From Desulfovibrio sp. (lineage in GTDB: Bacteria > Desulfobacterota > Desulfovibrionia > Desulfovibrionales > Desulfovibrionaceae): a stretch of DNA of 64,000 nucleotides. The DNA lies in NCBI GenBank assembly GCA_031273845.1, contig JAISRC010000162.1, forward strand, positions 30,765 to 94,764, written 5' to 3'. This document shows positions 1-8,226 of this stretch, piece by piece (position 1 is the stretch's first letter; the number at the start of each line of letters is the position of its first letter). Both the position numbers and the translations under genes were made by a program. Below the pieces are notes generated by a model. That model was not told the origin of the DNA, ran no database searches, and was given only the letters and a program-made list of their open reading frames with translations.

Positions 1-325
1 CCAGAACCTGCTCAAAGGACAATACCCCCGCAGCGGCTACGGCGCTGAATTCTCCCAAGCTGTGGCCGGCCGCGGCCGCCGGACGGATTTTGTCGGCGGC
101 CCGCATCCACAGGGCCAAGTTCACCGTTGTGAGCGCCGGTTGTACATTGATCGTCCTGGCCGTCTCAGGTCCGTCATTTTCCCAGTAAATTCCGCGCAAC
201 GGCAGACGGCTGATGCGTTCGGCTTTTTTCCAGAGGTCCATGATTTTTTTGTCGCGTTCGGCGGCAAGCCGTCCCATGCCGCTTTTCTGGGCGCCTTGGC
301 CGGGGAAGAGAATCGCGCTGTCCAT
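1..325 (-). CDS. fabD: Malonyl-CoA:ACP transacylase (5' part; runs off the window start)
   Basis: Translated by hand, not in the ORF track: MDSAILFPGQGAQKSGMG...NVQPALTTVN...AAAGHSLGEFSAVAAAG. It carries the FPGQG and GHSLGE motifs, with RBS AGGGAG upstream of the ATG at 325. Confidence 0.95.
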   Translation of the reverse strand, partial: MDSAILFPGQGAQKSGMGRLAAERDKKIMDLWKKAERISRLPLRGIYWENDGPETARTINVQPALTTVNLALWMRAADKIRPAAAAGHSLGEFSAVAAAGVLSFEQVL

Positions 326-595
326 ATAAGCTCCCTTGGTCGCGCGACTTTACACCAGCCGGCCGTTGATGCCAATGCTTGGGCCGACATAAAATGCCGG
401 CGGGCGGCGGCGCCGGCTCTGCCGGCCTCATCCGTAAGCCGGAAAGATCGGCTGACGGCTGCGGCTCGCGTTTACGCCGCTTGGGCATTTCAAGTTTGCA
501 ATACGCCGGGACGGGTTCAATCAAAATTTTGACGAAGTTTCGGACGTGTTTTTTTTTATAATACACTATGCTGATTATACAGGATAATATAAATA

Positions 596-611
596 AGGCA
601 CGGGCTTTGCT
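596..611 (+). promoter_or_regulatory. sigma54 (-24/-12) promoter
   Basis: AGGCACGGGCTTTGCT has GG at 597-598 and GC at 609-610 (GG-N10-GC), matching TGGCACG-N4-TTGC. An AT-rich tract lies upstream. Confidence 0.75.
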
Positions 612-692
612 TTACGTTGCCCGACGCCGCCCGGGATGTCGGCCGAAACAGGCCGGCTCAAGATGAAAAGTGCGGCGGAGCAGGAGATGACT

Positions 693-2216
693 ATGCTTAA
701 CGCCAGACCTTCCCTTATCTTCAACGCCTCAACAACCGCCGAACACGGCGTTGCGGGAAAGAAAGCCCCGCGCCCGGAGCGTGCCGGAGAATCTTTTGCA
801 TCGTATTTCAAGGCGGAGCGACCGGGGGCGGCTTCTCAAAGCGGACAGACGATTCCGGACGCCGTTGCCTCGGCTTACAAAGCCGCGCAGGCCGCTGCTT
901 CGGAAAAGGCTCGACCCGTGCCTGAAGCGCGCCCCCGTCCGGAAGGACTCCTGGTAAAAAGCGCGCCGGAAATCGACAAATCGGCCATGTACGCCGCGCA
1001 TATACCCGAGGGCGGCCGGCAGGCCGCCGCCGGACGTCCGGCAGCGAAGACCTATGCAGTGACGGACCCGTCTCCCGTTTCGGCGCGGCAGACATCCGCC
1101 GTCGCGCCCCGCATATCCGGCCGTCCCGTCACCGGGAGGAACGGATTCGGCATACTCGACACGCGCAGACGCGCAACGGCTGACGACATATCCGGCTCCG
1201 CCGCGTCTATTCGGCGTCAAAACGCCGTCATGTTGTCTTCCCATGCCCCTGTCGCGGGTCAGGACGCTTATGCGCGCTTCGGTATGCGTCATAGCGACGA
1301 CATAAGCGGGCGCAGTTTTCTCAGCACGGGCTTTGCCTCCAAAAATGCGGAAACCGCGTTGAAAAAATTGGGATACGACATGCGGAGCGCGGAAAAGGTC
1401 GAAACGCGCGCGACCTTGCTTGAGCATGCGCGAACCCGAAGCGCGGGCGTTGCCGGACCTTATGCCGAGGCGGAAGCCGCCCTTGCGGCCGAAAGAGGAA
1501 GAAAGAGCATGGCCGCGCTCGGTCGGGAAGCGGGCAAATCCGTGCTCCCGCCGCTTGTTGCGGCGTCCGGAACCGATATCGGCGGGCTTGCGGCAAAATT
1601 TGAATCCGGTGAAGAGGGTATAGCCGCCATAGGTTATGACGGGAAGGGCGGCACATCGTACGGGAAGTTCCAGATAGCTTCCCGCGCCGGGACCATGCGT
1701 GCCTTTATCGAGTATTTGCGGGAAAAGGCTCCGGACCTTGCCGGTCGTCTGGCCGCTTGCGGCCCGGCGAACACCGGGAGCCGTTCCGGCCGCATGCCTG
1801 CGGAATGGCGCAGGATAGCCGCGGAACAGCCGGAGCGTTTTGAGCAGTTGCAGGGCGATTTTATCCGCACAAGCCATTTTGAGCCTGCCGTCGCGGCCAT
1901 AGCCGAGGTAACAGGCGTATCCTTTGAAAATCTGTCGCCGGTTCTGCGCGAGGTGCTGTTCAGCACGGCCGTCCAGCACGGCCCGGCCGGGGCCACCCGT
2001 ATTGTCGGCAGGGCCATGGCGGCGGTGAACGCCGACAAGCTGCAGGCGGGCGGGGTGAACGGGTCGGCCGAGGCCCAGGTTGAAGGCCGCAGGTTTATAA
2101 CCCATATCTACAATCTGAGGGCCGGCCGCTTCGGATCTTCCTCGGCGGGCGTTCAGGAAGCGGTCCGCAACCGGCTGAAGCTGGAAATGCGCGAGGCCTT
2201 GGGCATGCTTGTCTGA
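693..2216 (+). CDS. Protein with low-complexity N-terminus and C-terminal VgrG3-like lysozyme-fold (putative peptidoglycan hydrolase) domain
   Basis: The C-terminal ~200 aa contain AKFESG...IGYDGKGGTSYGKFQI...FSTAVQHG, resembling T6SS_VgrG3-like_C. Start placed at ATG 693 (GGAG 683-686); the ORF track starts at 636. Confidence 0.7.
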   Translation: MLNARPSLIFNASTTAEHGVAGKKAPRPERAGESFASYFKAERPGAASQSGQTIPDAVASAYKAAQAAASEKARPVPEARPRPEGLLVKSAPEIDKSAMYAAHIPEGGRQAAAGRPAAKTYAVTDPSPVSARQTSAVAPRISGRPVTGRNGFGILDTRRRATADDISGSAASIRRQNAVMLSSHAPVAGQDAYARFGMRHSDDISGRSFLSTGFASKNAETALKKLGYDMRSAEKVETRATLLEHARTRSAGVAGPYAEAEAALAAERGRKSMAALGREAGKSVLPPLVAASGTDIGGLAAKFESGEEGIAAIGYDGKGGTSYGKFQIASRAGTMRAFIEYLREKAPDLAGRLAACGPANTGSRSGRMPAEWRRIAAEQPERFEQLQGDFIRTSHFEPAVAAIAEVTGVSFENLSPVLREVLFSTAVQHGPAGATRIVGRAMAAVNADKLQAGGVNGSAEAQVEGRRFITHIYNLRAGRFGSSSAGVQEAVRNRLKLEMREALGMLV

Positions 2217-2340
2217 ACAGCCTGTATGCGGCAGCAAACAGGAGGAATGCAAAAAGATTACGCAGTTGAAGAAGGCTGAAGCGGCAGGAAGAAACGAACG
2301 GGGAACGCGATTCAGCACACAGGAGATGGATTTGTTTAGA

Positions 2341-2448
2341 GCATGAATTGATCGAAGTTTGCCCCGGCATTGACACAGTGCCCTCGCGTTTGCCTGTGTA
2401 TCCCGGAAGGGCATGAATTGACCGAAGTTTACCCCGGCATTGACACAG
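2341..2448. repeat. Imperfect direct repeat, 38 bp x2, 70-bp period
   Basis: gcatgaattgatcgaagtttgccccggcattgacacag (2341-2378) versus gcatgaattgaccgaagtttaccccggcattgacacag (2411-2448): 2 mismatches. Confidence 0.9.
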
Positions 2449-2521
2449 ACACCGATAATCGTATACCGGAAATGTGCCCGCTGAAAAAATCATTGAAAAA
2501 ATCAAGCAGGAGTAAACGAAA

Positions 2522-3097
2522 ATGAAAAGCCTCAAAGGAACACGCACAGAGAAAAACATCTTGGCCGCTTTTGCCGGAGAATCCCAGGCGCGCAACCGCT
2601 ACACCTTTTTCGCAAGCGCGGCGAAAAAAGAGGGTTTTGTACAGATTTCCGATATCATTACTGAAACTGCCGAACAGGAAAAAGAGCACGCCAAACGTCT
2701 CTTCAAGTTTCTGGAAGGCGGCGATGTGGAAGTTTCGGCTGCGTTCCCGGCCGGAGTCATCGCCGACACAAGAAGCAATCTGATCGCCTCGGCCGCCGGA
2801 GAACGCCACGAATATACGGAAATGTATCCGCAATTTGCCTCCATCGCGGCGGATGAAGGCTTTGCCGAAATAGCATCCTGCATGCGCGCCATAGCCGTAG
2901 CCGAGGCATTCCACGAACGCCGCTTTCTGGATTTTGCCCGCAACATCAAGGACGGCAGCGTATTTTCCCGGCCCGAGCCGGTCAAATGGCGTTGCCGCAA
3001 CTGTGGTTATGTGCATGAAGGCGCGGGCGCGCCGGATAAATGCCCGGCCTGCGCCCATCCCCAAGCTTATTTCGAATTGCTCGGCATCAACTGGTGA
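2522..3097 (+). CDS. rbr: Rubrerythrin
   Basis: ESQARNRY, EQEKEH, GERHEY and EAFH diiron ligands plus a C-terminal rubredoxin knuckle (WRCRNCGY...CPACAHP). Confidence 0.96.
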   Translation: MKSLKGTRTEKNILAAFAGESQARNRYTFFASAAKKEGFVQISDIITETAEQEKEHAKRLFKFLEGGDVEVSAAFPAGVIADTRSNLIASAAGERHEYTEMYPQFASIAADEGFAEIASCMRAIAVAEAFHERRFLDFARNIKDGSVFSRPEPVKWRCRNCGYVHEGAGAPDKCPACAHPQAYFELLGINW

Positions 3098-4233
3098 ACG
3101 ATGCCCGGAACCTGATCCGGGTACTGCATGTTGTCGCCTCGCTCGGCCTCGGCGGCACGGCGAAGGCTATGCAGCTTTTTGCTCAGCATACGGACCGCCG
3201 GCGTTTTATGCCGGCGGTCTGGAGTTCCGCGCAAGGGCCGCGCGAAAATCTGTTGCGGGAAAGCGGCATCCCGCTGTTCATCGGCGGGGACCTCGGCGCC
3301 TGCGCCGCACAGTTCAAGCCGCACATAGTGCATGTGCATCGGGCCGGCTGGCCTGAGCCCGAACTTCTACGCCCCCTGCGCGCAGCCTTCAGACCCGACC
3401 CTCTGTGTCCGGACCGCCGCCTGCCGCGCATTATCGAAACCAACGTCTTCGGACGCCATGATCCCTCTCCCTCCGGACGCCTCATTGACGTTACCTTGCT
3501 GGTTTCGGAATTCTGCGCCGAACGGCTGCGCGTTGCCGAAGGTCGCGTCATTGAAGCCCCGCGCCACCGGGTGCTGTATAACCCCGTGGACGTCGAAACC
3601 TATGCGGCCCTGACCCCCGATCCGGCGGAGCGCGACCGGTCCGGACCGGTTTTCGGGCGCGTCTCCCGCCCCGACCCCGGCAAATGGTCCATGCTGACCC
3701 TGGAAGCCCTGCCCTTGGTGCGCCGGCGCGTTCCCGAGTTTACCTTCCTGGTGATCGGGGGTATCGCGGAAGCCGAAGCCTTCGTCCGGGCCGAAGGGCT
3801 TGAGAAACATGTGCTCTTTTTGCCGCCTGCGCTTACGGACGAGGACCTGGCCGGTTTTTTCAACCGCTTGAGTTTTTTCGCGCACGCCAACAATACGGGC
3901 GAAAGTTTCGGCATGGTCATAGCCGAGGCCATGGCCGCCGGACTGCCGGTCGTTACGCACCCGTGCCGGGACTGGCGCGACAATGCACAAGCCGAACTGG
4001 TGAAGGACGGGGTTACGGGCTTTGTGGCCGACGGCCCTCAAGCTTACGCCGAGGCCGTTGTCCGTCTCCTGACGGACGCTTCCCTGTGCCGGGCCATGGG
4101 CACGGCGGCGCGCGCCGAAGCGCGGGCGCGTTTCGAGGTGCGTACCCTCGTGCGCCGGCTTGAGGCGATCTACGATGAAGCCTTGTCCGGGTCGGCAATC
4201 GCTTGTGGAATTCCTGCGGAAAAAATGCCATAA
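3094..4233 (+). CDS. Glycosyltransferase family 4 (GT-B)
   Basis: RVLHVVASLGLGG at the N-terminus, HIVHVH, and the ESFGMVIAEAMAAGLPVV GT4 motif. A GTG start overlaps the rbr stop. Confidence 0.88.
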   Translation: MNDARNLIRVLHVVASLGLGGTAKAMQLFAQHTDRRRFMPAVWSSAQGPRENLLRESGIPLFIGGDLGACAAQFKPHIVHVHRAGWPEPELLRPLRAAFRPDPLCPDRRLPRIIETNVFGRHDPSPSGRLIDVTLLVSEFCAERLRVAEGRVIEAPRHRVLYNPVDVETYAALTPDPAERDRSGPVFGRVSRPDPGKWSMLTLEALPLVRRRVPEFTFLVIGGIAEAEAFVRAEGLEKHVLFLPPALTDEDLAGFFNRLSFFAHANNTGESFGMVIAEAMAAGLPVVTHPCRDWRDNAQAELVKDGVTGFVADGPQAYAEAVVRLLTDASLCRAMGTAARAEARARFEVRTLVRRLEAIYDEALSGSAIACGIPAEKMP

Positions 4234-4314
4234 TACACCCGCAGGGGGGATGCGCGCTCTGCCCTGCGCGTCGATCCGCCTTCGCCGCGGCGGTAAAATG
4301 TATCGGAGGTAGCT

Positions 4315-5160
4315 ATGCCCAAGCCCGTGTCCAAGCTCAGGTCCGGCCGGATGCCGTGCTCCGGCTTTTCAGCTTTTGCCCGCATCGCCGTGTATGTTTT
4401 CCTGTTGCCGGCCCTGTTGCTCTCGGGTTGCGCGGGCAAATACGGGGAGCAGGCCACGCAGGTGAATTACTACCCGGATTGTTACGCCCCCATAAACGAT
4501 CTGCGCGCGTCCGAGTATACCACCGTCAAGAGTGCCGGGGCCGGGGCCGCGGTCGGCGCGATTCTGGGCGCTCTGATCGGCTATGCGGCCACCGGCAAGG
4601 CCTCCGGAGCCGTTGCCGGCGCGGCGCTCGGCGGTACGGCCGGGGGCGGGGCCGGAGCGGCATACGGCTCGTATAAAAGCAAGCAGGACGAACGTGCCCG
4701 CCTGGACGAATACAACGCCCGCCTGGACGGGGACATCCGGGAAATCGACAGGGCCACGGCCGCCGCCAAAGTCGCCCGCGAGTGCTATTCCCGCCAGTTT
4801 ACAGCCGCCGTCTCCGAATTCAAGGCCGGCCATATAAGCAAAGATCAGTTCAATGACCGCCGGATCGAAATAACGCAAGGACTGGAAGAAGCCGCGAATA
4901 TCCTCGGTGAAAAAGGCAGAAGCAGCGCGCAGATCGCGGAAGAATACAACCGGGCGCTGAACAGCGGGCAGCAGGGCGCAACAGCGGGCAAAGCCTCCAG
5001 CACGGCGCGAAGCGGGTCCGGTCAGACGCGGGAGATAGCGGAGATGCGTAAAAAAGCCGCCGCCATGCAAAGCGCCGCTTCGGCGGCTCAGGACGAGGAA
5101 CGCGAACTGCGCCGCGATCTTTTGGAAAAACGCGCCCAAGCCAGGGATATTATGAGTTAG
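4315..5160 (+). CDS. TagQ-like lipoprotein with glycine zipper
   Basis: Lipobox LLSGC, glycine zipper (GAGAAVGAILGALIG...GAVAGAALGGTAGGGAG), helical C-terminus, RBS GGAGG at 4305. It co-occurs with tagR/S/T-like genes. Confidence 0.65.
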   Translation: MPKPVSKLRSGRMPCSGFSAFARIAVYVFLLPALLLSGCAGKYGEQATQVNYYPDCYAPINDLRASEYTTVKSAGAGAAVGAILGALIGYAATGKASGAVAGAALGGTAGGGAGAAYGSYKSKQDERARLDEYNARLDGDIREIDRATAAAKVARECYSRQFTAAVSEFKAGHISKDQFNDRRIEITQGLEEAANILGEKGRSSAQIAEEYNRALNSGQQGATAGKASSTARSGSGQTREIAEMRKKAAAMQSAASAAQDEERELRRDLLEKRAQARDIMS

Positions 5161-5222
5161 AGCCTGTCAAAGTCCAAAATGCTTTAAACGCCGGGGGAAG
5201 CGTCTCAAAATCAAATTGCCCT
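5158..5222 (-). mobile_element. Internally deleted family-A palindromic repeat/MITE
   Basis: The reverse complement reads agggcaatttgattttgagacgcttccccggcgtttaa-agcattttggactttgacaggctcta, i.e. both ends of the element seen at 8060, 35588 and 56375. Its end overlaps the TAG stop of the upstream gene. Confidence 0.7.
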
Positions 5223-5289
5223 GGAGCGCTTTACAGATTTCCGCAGGGAAAAAATGCTGTAAAGCCGGCATCGGACAAGGAAAGGAGTT

Positions 5290-6396
5290 ATGGACGTGCA
5301 GGATACACCTGCGGAAGGACAGGAAGCGAAACGGGACGAAAGCGTCCCTCTGCACAGGCGTGCGGGATTCTGGTTCGCTTCGGGCGTCCTCCTCGGCGTC
5401 CTGGCCGTTCTTCTTTTGCTGCGCGGATTTTTTCCCGCCTTGCAGAAAGCGGATACCCCGGAGCCTCCCCTTGCCTCCGCACCCGCCGCGCCCGTGGACG
5501 CGAATGGCCGGGCCGCGCGCCTGGATCGCCTGCGCGCCGGCAACAAAGGTCTTGAGGATGAAGTGCAGAGACTGAAAGCCCTGTTGCGCGAAGACCCCTG
5601 CGCCTTGCCCGATCTTTTGGGGAAAATTGTGCCGGAGGGGTCGGACGCAGCGCCGCCGGGTTCTGACGCAACCCCAGCAGGGGACGGCAAAGATGCGCCC
5701 GCGCAGCCCGCTGCTCCGCCGGCCGGCCCCGCGCCCCCGGCGGCCATGCCTGTCGGGACAGCCGCTCTTTTGGCCGAGGCCACGGTGTTTGTCGTGTCCT
5801 CATACGAAGGGTCAACGGGCATGGGCTCGGGATTTTTCGTCGCTCCCGGTATAGTCGCCACCAACAGGCATGTGGCCCGGTCCCCGCAGGCGAGCGTCAT
5901 CGTCGGCAACAAGGCGTTGGGGGGAATGTGCCGGGCTTCTGTCGCAGCTTTCAGCGGCGACGGGAATCGTGACTTCGCCCTGCTGAAAATTGAGGGCGGA
6001 CAGGCGGCCGCAATACCGTTCCTGCGTATAGCGCGCGGCGCGGAACGCACCGAGCGGGTGAGTGCCTGGGGCTTCCCCGGTTATATCGCGGCCATTGATC
6101 CCAAGCTTTCAGCCATGGCCGAAGGCGACATCAAATCGGTTCCGGACGTGGTGTACTCCGAAGGGGTGGTCAGCGTGGTGCTGGATAGAACCCCGCCCGT
6201 GATTCTGCACACGGCCGCACTGTCTCAGGGCAACAGCGGAGGCCCCTTGGTAAACGCCGCCGGCGTGGTCGTGGGCATCAACACCTTTATACGACAGGCC
6301 GATCAATCCTACAGCCAGACCAATATCGCGCTGCCGGGCTCGGAACTGGCAGCTTTTATGCGCGCCAACGGGTTCAAAGCAACCGAAGCGGAATAA
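5290..6396 (+). CDS. Membrane-anchored trypsin-like serine protease
   Basis: N-terminal TM helix and coiled coil. Catalytic triad motifs VATNRHV (His), DFALL (Asp) and GNSGGP (Ser). Confidence 0.88.
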   Translation: MDVQDTPAEGQEAKRDESVPLHRRAGFWFASGVLLGVLAVLLLLRGFFPALQKADTPEPPLASAPAAPVDANGRAARLDRLRAGNKGLEDEVQRLKALLREDPCALPDLLGKIVPEGSDAAPPGSDATPAGDGKDAPAQPAAPPAGPAPPAAMPVGTAALLAEATVFVVSSYEGSTGMGSGFFVAPGIVATNRHVARSPQASVIVGNKALGGMCRASVAAFSGDGNRDFALLKIEGGQAAAIPFLRIARGAERTERVSAWGFPGYIAAIDPKLSAMAEGDIKSVPDVVYSEGVVSVVLDRTPPVILHTAALSQGNSGGPLVNAAGVVVGINTFIRQADQSYSQTNIALPGSELAAFMRANGFKATEAE

Positions 6397-6401
6397 CTCC
6401 A

Positions 6402-7835
6402 ATGCCGGGTCAACAAAGCATGTCCTCGACCCTTATAGCCACAACCAGGCGCGGTGCCTACAATGCGTTGCGCTTTCAAGGCATTCTGGTGACCGAGAGC
6501 TACGTCCAGCTGGCCTCCCTGTTGGAAAAGCAGCTTTCTCCGCGTCATGCCCGCTTTTTGGCCGAACCGGCGCACGACGCATCGGGGAGCAGCACGGACT
6601 GGTACGCCCGGACAGATGAAAAAATAAGGCTGATCGCGGAACTGCCGGAAGAAGAAAAAAGCGAGGCGCTGCGGGCCGTAGCCGCCGTGGCTTCGGATAT
6701 CAGGGATCTGGCGGAAAAGCTGAAGGCGGCTCCGGATGCATCCTCCGTGATCCGGGGCAATATCCTGTCCCTGGCCTTGCATTATCCGGGAGAAAAAAAA
6801 CTCTACATCGCAGGCGACCAGCCCTTGCTGATCTGCTGGGGTTTTGATCCCGGTTCCCCGGACATACAGCCGGAAGACCTCGTGCGTCTGGGCGTCACGC
6901 CGCCCGCGCGCAAGGCATCGGCGGCCGCAGCGGTTCCGGCGGGCGAAAGTGCGGCGTCCGATGCCCCCCGGACCGTGAAGGCCGTTGCGCCGTTCCCCAT
7001 TTGGAACGCTCTGCTCCGGTTGCTTGCGGGTCTGGTCCTGGTGCTTGCTCTGTATTTTTTGATCGCGCTGCTCACGGGGCCGTCCGGTTGCCTGCCGTCC
7101 GGAGCGCGGCCGGGCGGCTGCTCACCCTCGCCGCAGGTCGCCGATAAAAAGGCCGAGGTTCCGGAGCGGGACGCGGAACTGTTGCGCGGACTCAGTGCCG
7201 AGCAAGAGAAGGAAGAATCCCTGCGCCGCGAACTGGCGGACCTGCGTCGCCGTCTGGAGGCAAGGATATTGGAATGCCCCCGTACCCCGCCTCCTCTCCC
7301 GGAACCGGAAAAGAAAGAAGTCCCGCCCCCGGCCCTGCAAGACCTTATGCCTGTGACCCCGGATCCTGAGCCCGTCCCACCGGTGCCTGAACCCAAGCCC
7401 AAGCCTGCGCCTGAGCAGGCGCCGAAGCCGAAAGCGCCCAGACAGAAAAAAGGAGAGGACCTGAAAATACCGGAAGACGCGCGCAAGAACAACGACATGA
7501 GTTTTCTGGAAGGTTGCTGGAATTCCGATTCCGGTCTGGTGGATTCTTCCGGCGACCCGGTCATCGTGACTTATTGTTTTGACGGCAAAGGCAGCGGTAC
7601 CCGGGCCATAACCAGGAAACAGAAGGGCGACCGCTGCGCCGGTCCGGTGCGGGCGCGTTTCGACCAATCGGGTAAGCTGCTTATCGACGCCGACGGCGCG
7701 CCTTGCCCGCGCGGCAGCGCCTTTGTGCCGCATCGCGTCGAATGTCTGCCCGGAGCCGGCGGGGACGCAAGCTGCAACGGCAGGGAACAGGGCGGCTTCA
7801 AAAATCGCTGGAATGCAAAATTCCGCAAAAATTGA
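6402..7835 (+). CDS. srfA: SrfA-family protein
   Basis: N-terminal FLAEP...DWY...LLICWGF region, central TM, coiled coil, Pro-rich linker and C-terminal FLEGCW. It lies directly upstream of srfB/srfC-like genes. Confidence 0.72.
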   Translation: MPGQQSMSSTLIATTRRGAYNALRFQGILVTESYVQLASLLEKQLSPRHARFLAEPAHDASGSSTDWYARTDEKIRLIAELPEEEKSEALRAVAAVASDIRDLAEKLKAAPDASSVIRGNILSLALHYPGEKKLYIAGDQPLLICWGFDPGSPDIQPEDLVRLGVTPPARKASAAAAVPAGESAASDAPRTVKAVAPFPIWNALLRLLAGLVLVLALYFLIALLTGPSGCLPSGARPGGCSPSPQVADKKAEVPERDAELLRGLSAEQEKEESLRRELADLRRRLEARILECPRTPPPLPEPEKKEVPPPALQDLMPVTPDPEPVPPVPEPKPKPAPEQAPKPKAPRQKKGEDLKIPEDARKNNDMSFLEGCWNSDSGLVDSSGDPVIVTYCFDGKGSGTRAITRKQKGDRCAGPVRARFDQSGKLLIDADGAPCPRGSAFVPHRVECLPGAGGDASCNGREQGGFKNRWNAKFRKN

Positions 7836-7853
7836 AACGGGTCGGCAACGAAT

Positions 7854-8061
7854 TTAAGGAAGTACCGATTGATTATTTATCCTTTGGGCCTGACGCCCAA
7901 TCCCTGCCCGGGGGAAATAATTTCCCCCGGACCCCCTTGCTTCCGGACCGTCGGCGTACAATGTCAAGTTACCGGAAAAAGGGAGCACAGGGGCCTCAGG
8001 CCCACGTCGAGGGAGTCGGAAAGAGCGGACCTCCTCCGGAATTAAACCAGCGCTTCCTTAA
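7854..8061. mobile_element. Family-B MITE-like element (degenerate TIRs)
   Basis: Left end TTAAGGAAGTACCGATT, right end AACCAGCGCTTCCTTAA, internal hairpin gggggaaataatttccccc. The ends are related to the copies at 15201 and 55418. Confidence 0.6.
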
Positions 8062-8190
8062 AGCAATTTAATTTTGAAACGTCTCCTCCGGCGTTTAACG
8101 GCGAAAGCAAGTTTCGCCTACGCCTGCGGGGCGGACGGCGGCGCTTTGCGCTCGCGCCGCCGGAGCAATTTCATTTTCAAATTGCTCTAA
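8060..8190 (+). mobile_element. Family-A MITE-like repeat (full copy)
   Basis: gcaatttaattttgaaacg...tttaacggcgaaagcaagtttcgcctacgcctgcggggcgg...gagcaatttcattttcaaattgctcta, nearly identical to 35588-35716 and 56375-56506. Confidence 0.85.
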
Positions 8191-8226
8191 GCATTGTAAA
8201 ATAAAATTGCCTTCAGGGTGGAAACA

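Noticed and set aside
62-566. ORF-track calls 62..532(+), 121..390(-), 174..566(-)
   Set aside because: They overlap or lie antisense to the real fabD frame (start 325, minus strand) and have no recognisable motifs.
2341-2448. Possible mini-CRISPR (38-bp repeats, 32-bp spacer)
   Set aside because: Only two copies, the flanking sequence is also partly duplicated, no cas genes are present, and the repeat lacks a CRISPR-like terminus. A tandem duplication explains it better.
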